From: Rotaria sp.
Lineage: Eukaryota
Assembly (NCBI GenBank): GCA_905330235.1
Contig: CAJNUA010000350.1
Location: 73,968-92,108, forward strand
DNA: 18,141 nt
Direction: 5' to 3'
Shown: one piece after another, positions 1 to 9,834 of the stretch
Numbering within the stretch: position 1 is the first letter of the stretch
Layout: every line of letters begins with the position of its first letter
Made by a program: the position numbers and the translations under genes
Notes under the pieces: generated by a model
Seen by the model: only the letters and a program-made list of their open reading frames with translations
Database searches by the model: none
Told to the model about the DNA's origin: nothing

Positions 1-120
1 CCACACCACACCCACACCCACACCCACACCCACACCCACACCCACATCCACACCACACCCACACCCACACCCACACCCACATCCACACCACACCCACACC
101 CACACCCACACCCACACCCA
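1..120. repeat. Terminal telomere-like hexamer array (CCCACA)n, with the C-rich strand on top reading inward; the G-strand repeat is TGTGGG. A few CCACA and CATCCA variants are present.
   Basis: About 20 tandem hexamers run from position 1 and stop abruptly at 120 before unique AT-rich sequence. The orientation is that expected for a left chromosome end. Confidence 0.8.
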
Positions 121-675
121 AAATTCTTGTATCGACTATTTTCTCACTTGAGCTTACAATAATAGATCATCTATCAAATAGTGAGAAGTTCTTTCTAGAG
201 AACGTTGTAAGACTATGTTGTTTTGATATGAGTGACAAATCAAGTGGCTGCTAGTAAATGAACTATCGAAAATTCAGATTTAGCATACTTCTGAACTGTT
301 TTATATTCTCTCAACCACCGATTAAAAATTTTGAATATGTTTGTTCAAACGACTATTTTAGTCGCAAAAAAATGAAGATTTTACGTCTTACTCCATCAGA
401 GTAAATAATATTTTAAGTTCATTTCATTTCGTAAAATATGCGGTTTTTTCGTATCGTGGTTAGACAATAAGAAAAAGAAAAAGATGAAAAAGCAAGAAGG
501 AAAGAAAAAATCTTTTTGTTTTTGTTGTCAGTCGAAGGCGCACATTTTCGTCACACTATATTTACATCTTCAGTACGAATAGGCAATGCATAAATAAAAA
601 GTCAACTTACCATTGTAAAAGAAAAATAATGGCATCAATGATAGAAGAATCAGGTAACTACGTATAATCAGTAAA

Positions 676-1050
676 ATGATCATCCATGCAATGAATCGTT
701 ACTTTTCTATACCAGGTGCATTTATTATGGACTCGGGATTATTTTTTGACATCATTCCTGTTTTATTAAGCTATCTAGACTTCAAAAGTCTCATTCGCTT
801 AGCGCAAACATGTTATTTTTGGAAAAATCGAATATATAATGATTTGAAATTATGGCCAAAAGTGATTGAATTGCCTTATATCGGTTGCATGGACAACTAT
901 GTTGGCGTATATAATACGCTTGAAACTGTAATTAAGGCAAAATTATGGTCAATGATTCGACCGCCGGAGGATCCCAAAGCTTTAGAGAAAATTTTGGAAA
1001 AAATGGCATTATCAAAAGAGAGTATACAACGATTTGCACGAGTGAAAAAG
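676..1050 (+). CDS. F-box domain protein, exon 1. ATG at 676, donor GTATGA at 1051.
   Basis: The translation IIPVLLSYLDFKSLIRLAQTCYFWKNRIYNDLKLW fits the F-box consensus (LPxEIL..IxxxLxxxxLxxxxxVCKxW). The ORF ends in phase 0 at AAG|GTATGA. Confidence 0.6.
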
Positions 1051-1977
1051 GTATGACAGTAATTTTAAAAAATGTATTCTACTAATGTTGAGTAATGTGA
1101 GTTATCTTAAGTTCTCCTCTACTCAAAAAAAAGTCAAATTTTGTCAGAAATATCGACATTGAGATAAATGCATGCGAGGATAGTCTGAGCTCTAATCTTC
1201 CATAGCCAATATGACTTTGCAGTTGGTTCCTGGATGTTTTTTGCCAGAATTTGTTATCATTACTGTCATATTCTACTTTTAAGTACAATTTTTCAGAAAA
1301 ACGGCTTTTTACATGTTCGCATGGAAAATAAGCATTTTAATAGAACCCGGTACCCGATGTCAATTATGTACCATTATTTAAAAAAATGCTCATCAGATAT
1401 TTAGACCTATATATGACAGGTGGTGATCATCCTTCTCTTGAAGTATGCTAAAAAATTGGCTTAAAATAATAACATATTTTTTAATTTCTCTTTTAAAAAT
1501 GCTTTTCATTTCTTCTATTTATGCTTTTTTGGTCGCGTATGTTATAGTTTTTGGGAGATCTTCATTTTAAATACTTAGAAGAAGAAACACTATTGAGCAG
1601 AAATCCTCATTTTTTTTACGGCTTTTCGAAAGTGTTGATCTGGTCAGCCTGTCCTTCCGCATAAAAAGTGAGTATTCAGTAAAGAACTCTGTCAGATCTT
1701 GTACCAACAGAGTTCTCTACCTAACAAAAGAACAACTACTTGTTTCTAATAAGGCCTCAAAGAGAATTCTGGATTGTCAAATGAGCCATTTTTTACCTCC
1801 AACATATCCTGAGCATTTCATGCAATGTGAATGTATATGAACGAAAATCAATTTTTGAATGCGAAGACGGCTCTGAATATCTTTGTTGCCTATGACTTGG
1901 ACTCAGTAGATTTGATGTAATCTCTCAGAATTAGTTTTAGAGTATTTTGAATGCTATGATTCTTGTGCATGTTGTAG

Positions 1978-2568
1978 GTTCTATTCCAAAATTTTATTCA
2001 CACTGATGAATCGTTACGTCTTACAGCTTTACTATTTCCTTCGATTGAGGAGATTAGTTTTGAAGGTAATCTTTTATCAATTTCTGGTGTTCACCATATA
2101 GCTACGTCTTGTAACAAGCTCAAACATATTGAATTTTATCAGTGTGGCAATCTTGACTTACGAAATGCTTATCGGTTATTTAACACCGAAGAACATAAAG
2201 AATGTCTAGAGCGAATCTTTATTTATTGTGGCTTTTGGTCGAAATATTCTGTTAAGTTACCAACTAAAAATGATTTGCCTTTCATGGCATTGTGCCAACG
2301 ATGTGGATTATATTATAATGAATTGATCAATGAAAAGACAATGCTATGTCTTTATCATCCAGGAGTAAGTATTGCAACTGTTTCTCCAATAGATTTATCA
2401 CAGATTGAGACGTTGAAATGCACAGAAAAGTTTGTTTCACAATCTTATAATTCTTGGACTATGACAGCCAATTATAGATTTTTTCGTTTGCAATTTGTTC
2501 TAGTTTTTAGTTATTTCCATTTTGTATTTCAATATCTTATACTAATTTTTCTTTCTAACATAATCTAA
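1978..2568 (+). CDS. F-box protein exon 2, leucine-rich-repeat-like region. Acceptor TTGTAG|G at 1977. The 3' end is unresolved: a strong GTAAGT donor at 2365 is an alternative to the ORF stop at 2566-2568.
   Basis: The ORF opens immediately after the acceptor in phase with exon 1. The translation LRLTALLFPSIEEISFEGNLLSISGVHHIATSCNKLKHIEFYQCGNLDLRNAYRLF has FBXL-type LRR periodicity. The T-rich C-terminal tail looks non-coding. Confidence 0.45.
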   Translation, partial: VLFQNFIHTDESLRLTALLFPSIEEISFEGNLLSISGVHHIATSCNKLKHIEFYQCGNLDLRNAYRLFNTEEHKECLERIFIYCGFWSKYSVKLPTKNDLPFMALCQRCGLYYNELINEKTMLCLYHPGVSIATVSPIDLSQIETLKCTEKFVSQSYNSWTMTANYRFFRLQFVLVFSYFHFVFQYLILIFLSNII

Positions 2569-3539
2569 TACGATTATCTGTGTTCGATAGTTTATTTGTA
2601 CGGAAGAATAAATCATGAATTTTTAGTTTACTTTCTTAAAAGTTTTGTCATAGACATATAGAGGTTATGATCATAGCTGTTCATCATTTGACTGTTGTGG
2701 TAGTAATACGCCAAGATATCCATCGACATTAGGTTGTCAATATACTTACCATGATAAATGGTTTAATGCATCATCATCACCAAATCAAAGACATTATTCT
2801 TTCAAACTACATGATGGGTAAGCATTCCAGATCAGATTTTTCGTCTGAAAATTTGAACTATCTTTCTTTTTTTATTTTCATAGACATCCTGAATATATGT
2901 TTCAAAAATATAATGATGTTCAATTTTTACTGCCTTGTACTGAGCGACGCCGCTTAGATAAATGTTATAAGAAATGGAATAGAAACTAGCCACAGGCAAA
3001 CAACAAGGACATATGCGACATAATTACATTTTTCAAGTGTCATACACTTTTCTCAAATATTAAACGAAAAATTAGTCCTTTTCTTTTTGAAAGAACAATA
3101 AAAATGATCTTTTCCAATGTATTGAGGAAAATAATTTATTTGCAAATGCTTAATTAATTCGATTGTCACTAATATACACATGATTTTGTGACTTAGGAGA
3201 CATTGCAAGTATAAGCCATGACGATTGTTGCTCAATTGATCTCACCGATTTGGTTTCTATTTCTACAGTAGATATAAACATCTGAGTTAGGAGCAAACTA
3301 AAGTTTCAGCTCAAATAGATAAGTCATTCTGGAAATATCGATGGTGTAAGTGTAGCTGCTCTGCTAAATTTGGAGCACTTTATACAGTACAATACTCTTC
3401 AGCAAAATTTTCATTTTCTGAAGAACGATAAGATATATAACAGAGACTATTTTTTACCATAGATGCTATCGATCATTGATTAGATTTTCATGTTAATGAA
3501 AGTGTCTTATGGTCTGATATTTTTGCGTTGCTATTATGT

Positions 3540-4610
3540 ACCATTTTGAGGAAGTATGATCACCGAGATAAGTTAAGTTGATCGGATAGAACGCTATAGA
3601 AAAGTTTGAAAGTAGTTTCAATTGAAAGAGCACAACAAAGTGCATTGAATGAAGTTTTCAAAAATTTGTAGGATTGTACTTTGGGGTAGCAAACACTTTT
3701 TGAACAAGATCAAAGACGCTGAAAATGCGATAGCTTTCTAAGTACAAGAATATGAAATTTCTTCTTAAACGTTGGATTCTTATATTTCAAATGAAAGCCG
3801 ACGGTGAGAAACTTCTAAATCCAAAATTTTACCTCGTTTGGACCTACCTGTAAAAAATGGCGAAAGGTTCATTTTTTCATATCTTATTGAAGAATATTTA
3901 ATTTGGTTCACTTTTTGCATGCCTATATTTTTGTAAAGGAATTATCAAGTCATCTAATATTTTCATCATAAACTTTTCTTATTTTGATCTTTAAGTGTCT
4001 CAGTTTTATGTCGAAAATCGAAATTTCATTTTTCCCATGTTCTTGAGGGAGGGATCACGACAATATTCTCCCAAAGAAAATTCGAAAAAAGACGATATTT
4101 TGGTAAAAACAAATTAATATTCAAAAATCTTTGAACAGTTTCCACAGTTCATTAGGAATAATGTGACGCATATAGTAGTCATCCGAAAGTAGTTTGTTAC
4201 CAAAATATATTCTCTTGAAAAATATGTTGGAAAATACAGTGGACTAAATATTCTTCAAAAAGATATGAAAAAATGAACCTTTCGCCATTTTTTACAGGTA
4301 GGTCCAAACGAGGTAAAATTTTGGATTTAGAGGTTTCTCACCATCGGCTTTCATTTAAAATATAAGAATTCAACGTTTGAGAAGAAATTCCATATTCTTG
4401 TAGTTAGAAAGCTATCGCATTTTCAGCGTCTTTGATCTTGTTCAAAAAGTGTTTGCTACTAAGGTGCAATCCTACACATTTTTGAAAACTTCATTCGATG
4501 CACTTTGTTGTGCTCTTTCAATTGAAACTACTTTCAAACTTTTCTATAGCGCTCTATCCGATCAATTTAACTTACCTCCTTAATCATACTTGCTCAAAAT
4601 GGCATAGGAG
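3540..4610. repeat. Large foldback inverted repeat. The left arm is ~3540-3900 and the right arm ~4245-4610, about 93-97% identical as reverse complements, around a ~344-bp unique loop. No ORF of 60 aa or more lies inside.
   Basis: Direct reverse-complement matches are seen. Examples: 3862-3877 gaaaggttcatttttt versus 4271-4286 aaaaaatgaacctttc, and 3596-3660 versus 4480-4545 with one mismatch in 63 nt. The outer ends match at ccattttgag(g/c)aagtatgat. Confidence 0.85.
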
Positions 4611-4677
4611 TGGGCGAGGGTAAGTGTGGGTGTGAATGAGTAGAAAACAAGGACCCAAACCAATACCAACATCCCCA
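4607..4677. repeat. Degenerate telomere-like patch. The G-block ggagtgggcgagggtaagtgtgggtgtga is followed by the C-block cccaaaccaataccaacatcccc. It directly abuts the right end of the foldback.
   Basis: TGTGGG-like units are followed about 10 bp later by their C-strand counterparts. Confidence 0.6.
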
Positions 4678-5514
4678 GTATGACAAAAAAGTCAAACCAC
4701 AACTGAATTAACATTAAATCAGAAACGACTCAATTAGAACAGTAATTAACCGACTAAAAATGCTCGACCATAACACCCAAGGCAATTGACTTTAATGAAC
4801 ATGTTAAAATAGTGATAGATCAGAGTAGATTTTCATGAAATCCGACTATTTACCTAGTCCCTTCTTCGTCGACCAAATCATTAGCATTCTAGCGAAAGTA
4901 CCCAGAAAGTGAAGTAGAATTGAGTAAGATTTGGAAATATAACAAGCATGCCCTTTTGTGGATACATCTGTTTACACTCCTTTTCGCGAAATACTGTTGT
5001 CTAGCTCTTCATAGCAATCTGTTTCTACGAAAATAACGTTATTTTCCAAGTGTACAAAGTTTCTCGCTTGTACGGAAGGTTCCGTGGAACCCTCAGGCAG
5101 ATAATTAGTCGCTTCTACCTCATTCTCTTTACATTGTCGCTAGAAAACCAGTATTTGTGTTTCATTTGAGATGAAAATTATCCTTTATTGGGTTTTTTTC
5201 GTTTTTTGTGTATGTGTATAGTTTTGGGGGTCTACATGATCGTCATTGTGCGTTTTTCGGGTTTGTCTATCATATGGAATCGGATTTTTGCTTATTTTTG
5301 TCTAACGCTTAGATTGCTAGTAGTTTGAACGGTTCGGTTACCATTTTTTTAGTCAATTGTACCTTTCTAGTAGTTTCAATATTGCTGAAAATTTCTGTCA
5401 CTCACCTTACCGTATTTGACTTGGGCAATGACAGGCTGTCAAAATGAAATAGGCTGAATAAGAAAAATATATCGTCAATTGTATTCAAGGAGAAATACTC
5501 ATTTTAGAGAGAAT

Positions 5515-5589
5515 ATGGGTTTGAGTGTGTGGGTGTTAGCAAAATAGTGACATCTACTTATATCTTGCCTCACATCCATACTCACATCC
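5515..5589. repeat. Degenerate telomere-like inverted mini-pair. The G-block gggtttgagtgtgtgggtgtta and the C-block cctcacatccatactcacatcc are separated by ~28 bp.
   Basis: The reverse complement of the C-block is ggatgtgagtatggatgtgagg. It shares the core GTATGGAT(A/G)TGAG with the patch at 12637. Confidence 0.6.
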
Positions 5590-5794
5590 TATTTGTGTTC
5601 TGTGGTCGTTATTATTCATGTGAAAGAATGTAAAAAAAGCCACGTGTTGTGCAATAACAACGACAACGGTAGAAGGTGGGAGAAAAATAGGGTTCTTCTC
5701 TTTTTGTAAGTGGTAAACTTGCACAATATTTTGTAAAAATATTTCAGTCTCGTATGTAATATCTTGTCCATATCTCTGCTTTTTTTCACATTCT

Positions 5795-5802
5795 TATAAA
5801 TA
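5795..5802 (+). promoter_or_regulatory. MVP: TATA box (TATAAATA), 47 bp upstream of the MVP ATG.
   Basis: The sequence cttataaatagg lies at the canonical distance for a short leader. Confidence 0.5.
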
Positions 5803-5848
5803 GGCATTCTTTTTCACGTAGTCATCTCGATTGTTATTAAAACACGAT

Positions 5849-6045
5849 ATGAATTCATCAACTAGGACTACAACTACATCAAATAAAGGAGATTCAAGTC
5901 CATTATATCGTATACCACCTTATTATTATATACATGTTTTGGATCAAAATACAAATGTAACACGACTTGAAGTTGGTCCAAAAACATTTATTAAACAAGA
6001 CAATGAAACAGTTACGGTTGGACCGGAAAAAATGATAACAGTACC
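5849..6045 (+). CDS. MVP: Major vault protein, exon 1 of 9. ATG at 5849, ends in phase 2, donor GTACGC.
   Basis: The translation [66 protein letters not shown] aligns to the vertebrate MVP N-terminus ([36 protein letters not shown]). The ORF-track start at 5831 is a TTG; the first ATG is at 5849. Confidence 0.85.
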
Positions 6046-6105
6046 GTACGCATATTATTTCAAAAAAAAGCATAAAAATAAATAATTATTCTAAATTATG
6101 TTTAG

Positions 6106-6274
6106 ACCACGTCATTATTGTGTTGTTGAATCGCCTGTCGTACGCAATGAAGCAGGAGTGGTTCAATTTGATGAAAATGGTCAAGCCAAACTTGTTCATG
6201 CTGACTTAGATATTCGTCTTGCACAACCTGATCAAGCACCATTTCCACTTTATCCTGGAGAAATTCTTCGTCAA
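6106..6274 (+). CDS. MVP: MVP exon 2. Acceptor TTTAG at 6105; donor GTAAAA at 6275.
   Basis: The splice completes the codon CC|A and gives [56 protein letters not shown], matching MVP (PPRHYCTVANPVSRD...[18 protein letters not shown]). The intron is 60 nt. Confidence 0.9.
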
Positions 6275-6339
6275 GTAAAAAAATGAATATTTTTTTGTTC
6301 AGTATTTTGTTTTCAATATTTGATTGTTTTCTTTTTCAG

Positions 6340-6648
6340 CCGGTTACTCCACTAAAAGTTGTTCCAGCTAATTCAGCATTACGTTTAAAAGCTATACTTG
6401 ATTTTGATGATGAAACAACAAAAGAACAACGTCGTGCTGGTGATGAATGGCTATTTGAAGGACCAGCTACATATATTCCACGTAAGGAAGTTAGTGTAGA
6501 AGAACAAATTCGTGCAACTGTTATTGGTCCTAATCAAGCTATTCGATTAGGTGCAAAAAAAGAACTCATTGATCGAACAGGTCAACAACGTGTTACTGGT
6601 GAAGAATGGTTAGTTAAAAAAACTGGTGCTTATTTACCACTTGCATAT
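6340..6648 (+). CDS. MVP: MVP exon 3. Acceptor TTTCAG; donor GTAAAT at 6649.
   Basis: The translation [25 protein letters not shown]...[19 protein letters not shown]...[18 protein letters not shown] matches MVP repeat domains. The intron is 65 nt and the phase is 0. Confidence 0.9.
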
Positions 6649-6709
6649 GTAAATTAAATCATTCTTTATAAAATTTTTATTTTATTAATTAAATATTTCA
6701 ATATTCTAG

Positions 6710-6976
6710 GAAACCGTTCTTGCTGTTGAAAATGCTCATGTTTTAACAGATAAAAAAGCTCTTCATCTTCGTGCTCTAAAAACTTTCACAGATGATTTTG
6801 GTAAACAACGTATGAATGGTGAAGAATGGCTTGTAACTCGTAATGATACTGAAACACATACTCTTAGTGTTTATGAACAATTAGTTGCTGTTGTTGATGT
6901 AATAACACTTAATTCACGTCAATATTGTGTTGTTCTTGATCCAGTTGCTGATGGAAAACCACAATTAGGAAAAAAG
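6710..6976 (+). CDS. MVP: MVP exon 4. Acceptor TTCTAG at 6709; donor GTATGT at 6977.
   Basis: The translation [50 protein letters not shown]...[19 protein letters not shown] aligns to MVP ([31 protein letters not shown]...[20 protein letters not shown]). Confidence 0.9.
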
Positions 6977-6997
6977 GTATGTCATGATAGTTTTATT

Positions 6998-7643
6998 TTG
7001 TGAAACACGATCTAAAAGGAGTGTAAAAGCATAGAGGCAGAAATTTAGACTCCGCACAGCCGTAACGGACATCTTAGCAATGATCCATCACCGATAAAGA
7101 TGTAAGCTGATGCATTGCGACTAAAACATTTTCTTAATTTCAATAAATTTTGAAATGAAAAAGAGAAAAAAGGATGTTAGTAAACTTATTGACAAGTGTT
7201 CAGACAATGACATCTCCGAAAACTAATTTCAGGCGTCAGAAATTTTACAAATTATCAACTATGTATTTTTGTTGCACAGCGGCGCGACTCAATCGCTTGA
7301 GCGTTGGCAGTAGCTGATATATCTTTAAAACTATGCGACTATCGAGATCGGTGGCTCAGCCGATCGATTTGCATCTTTAATCGCAGACGTGACAGACACG
7401 TTAGAAACGGCTCGTCACTAACCGTTACAGACATTATTCATATACGACTAAATCGACCAAATATCAGTAACGTCTCGTTATAATATATGATCTCTGCCCT
7501 TATTGCGTTTCTGAAGATGGACGGTGAAGAAATATATGTGTTCAAAATAGATAGAATAAAAAAATTAGGTTGTGATTATCAATAGCAGTTGCATCGTGTT
7601 TCACAATTTAATCTCGCAGAAATTACGCTAACAGCTCTTTTTT
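6998..7643. repeat. Non-coding dispersed repeat copy A, filling most of MVP intron 4. A perfect 14-bp inverted repeat sits near its ends: ttgtgaaacacgat at 6998-7011 and atcgtgtttcacaa at 7592-7605. The core is GC-richer than the flanks.
   Basis: Intron 4 is 693 nt against 53-66 nt for all other MVP introns. A 14/14 inverted match is present. The right ~150 bp and a left aaaaggag...cacag block recur at 9835-10100. Confidence 0.5.
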
Positions 7644-7669
7644 TAATTTGAATTTATCTCTTTTTCTAG

Positions 7670-7854
7670 AAACTTATTGTTGGTGAAAAATCATTTTTTC
7701 TTCAACCAGGTGAAAAACTTGAAAGTGGTATTCAAGATGTTTTTATCTTGGGTGAAGATGAAGGTGTTATTCTTAGATGTATTGAAGCATTTCATGATGA
7801 ACAAGCTGGTGCTAATCGAAATCCTGGTGATCGATGGATGATTCGTGGTCCAAC
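7670..7854 (+). CDS. MVP: MVP exon 5. Acceptor TTCTAG at 7669; donor GTGAGA at 7855. It follows the 693-nt intron 4.
   Basis: The translation [61 protein letters not shown] matches MVP ([28 protein letters not shown]...AGDHWLIRGP). It ends in phase 2. Confidence 0.9.
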
Positions 7855-7920
7855 GTGAGAGCTTGATTTGTTCTTTTTTGTATTTGAAAATAAAAAAAAA
7901 CCTTGATTTTTTATTTTTAG

Positions 7921-8522
7921 TGAATATATTCCTCCAACACAAGTTGCAGTTGTTACACGTCGAAAAGCAATACCTTTAGATGAAAATGAAGGCATTTATG
8001 TTCGTGATATCAAAACAGGTCGTGTACGAGCTGTTATTGGTGAAACATATATGCTAACACATGATGAAGAACTTTGGCAAAAAGATCTACCTAAACAAGT
8101 TGAAGATTTACTTACACGTGATCCATTAGCGGAACGAAATATTCCAACACGTAATCAAGCGTCGGATAGATCTCAACACCAAGCGGCTACTACTACTACT
8201 ACTACTACTACACAAGCAACAAGTGCAACATCAAGTGCACCTGCACGTGACAAGTCAAAATTAGTTACTTATCGTGTACCACATAATGCTGCTGTACAAA
8301 TTTATGATTATAAATCTAAAAAAGCACGTATTATTTTTGGTCCAGAACTTGTTATGCTTGGACCAGATGAACAATTTACAATGCTTTCATTAAGTGGTAG
8401 TAAACCAAAAAAACCTAATCAAATTCAATCACTTTGTTTACTTCTTGGTCCTGATTTTTTTACTGATGTTATCGTTATTGAAACAGCTGATCATGCCCGT
8501 CTATCACTTCAACTTTCATATA
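7921..8522 (+). CDS. MVP: MVP exon 6. Acceptor TTTTAG at 7920; donor GTAAAT at 8523. It carries an in-frame (ACT)7 Thr tract at ~8199-8219.
   Basis: The translation [57 protein letters not shown]...[45 protein letters not shown]...[30 protein letters not shown] is near-colinear with vertebrate MVP. Confidence 0.9.
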
Positions 8523-8575
8523 GTAAATTGATGAATTATAATTTTTATTTTAAATTTTTTGTTTTACTTATTTAG

Positions 8576-8904
8576 ATTGGCATTTTGAAGTCAATGATAT
8601 GAAGGATGACAAAGAAGCAGCAAAACTTTTTTCAGTTCCGGATTTTGTTGGTGATGCAGCTAAAGCTATTGCATCTCGTATTCGTGGTGCTGTTGCTGGA
8701 ACTCAATTTGATGATTTTCATAAGAATTCAGCACAAATTATTCGCGCATCAGTATTTGGTCTCGATGCTAATCAACGTATAAGAGATCGATTTGTTTTTC
8801 CACAAAATAATCTCGTTATTACATCAATTGATATTCAAAGTGTTGAACCAGTTGATCAACGAACACGTGATGCACTTCAAAAGAGTGTTCAATTAGCTAT
8901 TGAA
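8576..8904 (+). CDS. MVP: MVP exon 7. Acceptor TATTTAG at 8575; donor GTATGA at 8905.
   Basis: The translation [62 protein letters not shown]...[22 protein letters not shown] matches MVP ([57 protein letters not shown]...[23 protein letters not shown]). The intron is 53 nt. Confidence 0.92.
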
Positions 8905-8962
8905 GTATGAATAAATCAATTGATTTATTAGGTTATAAATATATATATAATAAATTCTTTAG

Positions 8963-9203
8963 ATAACAACAAATTCACAAGAAGCTGCAGCTAAACATGA
9001 AGCTTCACGTCGTGAACAAGAAGCTAAAGGTTTATTAGAACGTCAACGCATTAAAGATGAAGCCGAAGCTGAAGAAGTTCGAAAACAACTTCTTCTATTG
9101 CAAGCTGAATCAGCTGTTGTTGAAATAACAGGTCAAGCCAAAGCTGAAGCACAAAGTCGTGCTGAATCTGCTCGAATTGAAGGCGAAGCCAGTGTTGAAC
9201 AAG
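8963..9203 (+). CDS. MVP: MVP exon 8. Acceptor CTTTAG at 8962; donor GTACAA at 9204.
   Basis: The translation [44 protein letters not shown]...[22 protein letters not shown] matches the MVP cap-helix region ([44 protein letters not shown]...). Confidence 0.9.
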
Positions 9204-9269
9204 GTACAAAGAAAAACATTATAATACATATATTAAATATTTAAATAATGATTTTTTTCTTTTTTATAG

Positions 9270-9670
9270 CTACTCTCAAAGCTAAAGCAGCACAAATTGA
9301 ATCTGAATCTGAATTAACACGTTTAAAATTAGCACGTGAAGCTGAAATGAAATTTTTACGTGAGCAAAATGAATTAGAAATTAGTAAAACAGCTGAAATA
9401 TCAAGAATTGAAACAGAAAAATTTAAATTACAAGTTGAATCAATTGGCGCATCCACTATACAAGCTATTGCTACTTCTAGTGCAGATACACAAGTTAAAC
9501 TTTTACAAGCACTTGGTCTTCAATCAATGTTAGTTACTGATGGTCATACGCCAATTAATCTTATGGGGTTTGGACAAGCTCTTTTAGGTGATTTTACTGG
9601 TAGTCCAATTAAAAGAAGACGATTATCAACTGGTGTTTCGAACCAATATAATGCCGAAGAAAAAGAATAG
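9270..9670 (+). CDS. MVP: MVP exon 9, the terminal exon. Acceptor TTTATAG at 9269; TAG stop at 9668-9670.
   Basis: The translation ATLKAKAAQIESESELTRLKLAREAEMKFLREQNELEISKTAEISRIETEKFKLQVESIGASTIQAIATSSADTQVKLLQALGLQSMLVTDGHTPINLMGFGQALLG... matches the MVP C-terminus ([33 protein letters not shown]). The nine exons sum to 2700 nt, or 899 aa. Confidence 0.9.
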
Positions 9671-9768
9671 ATCAGACATATGAAAACTTCATCGTCCTTT
9701 ATTCATGTGTATTGACGTTATTTTCTGCACACTTAGTTTGATTTCTTTTTAAATACTTATCGAAGAAT

Positions 9769-9774
9769 AATAAA
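9769..9774 (+). promoter_or_regulatory. MVP: Polyadenylation signal AATAAA, ~100 nt downstream of the MVP stop.
   Basis: This is the first canonical AATAAA after the TAG stop at 9670. Confidence 0.4.
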
Positions 9775-9834
9775 TTGAACGAAAAGTTGTATATTAATTC
9801 AATTTTTCTATTCTAAACTCAAGTTTGATAGAAG

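Noticed and set aside
2365-2392. A possible 28-nt intron (GTAAGT...CCAATAG) inside F-box exon 2.
   Set aside because: It is far shorter than every verified intron in the window (47-104 nt). Removing it yields no recognisable gain. I treat the region as read-through coding, or the donor as joining to an unresolved downstream exon.
7061-7330. An intronic C/D-box snoRNA in MVP intron 4, suggested by CTGA motifs.
   Set aside because: No TGATGA C-box with a paired terminal stem could be found, so the D-box-like CTGA is not meaningful on its own.
7290-7400. A tRNA/SINE-like A-box (ggctcagccgat) inside the intron-4 repeat.
   Set aside because: There is no B-box (GGTTCGANTCC), acceptor stem or cloverleaf, so this is not a tRNA or a tRNA-derived SINE by inspection.
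6998-7605. Treating the 14-bp perfect inverted repeat as the definitive terminal inverted repeat of a MITE.
   Set aside because: Similarity to the second copy (9835-10100) continues about 35 bp beyond the right inverted repeat, to ~7643, so the inverted repeat may be subterminal. I kept it as a dispersed repeat with the element boundaries unresolved.
7691-7995. Minus-strand ORFs 7691-7942 and 7792-7995, and likewise 9241-9456 and 14037-14261.
   Set aside because: They are antisense shadows of well-supported exons: MVP exons 5, 6 and 9, and the cupin gene. Their translations are low-complexity.
5831-9670. Reading the ORF-track pieces (5831-6085, 6098-6286, 6283-6657, 6812-7003, 8051-8575, 8599-8910, 9248-9670) as separate small prokaryotic genes or an operon.
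   Set aside because: They are consecutive segments of a single major vault protein. They are joined in phase by canonical GT-AG introns of 53-66 nt, and several track starts are TTG or GTG rather than real initiators. The same holds for the minus-strand pieces 14961-17231, which form AHCY.
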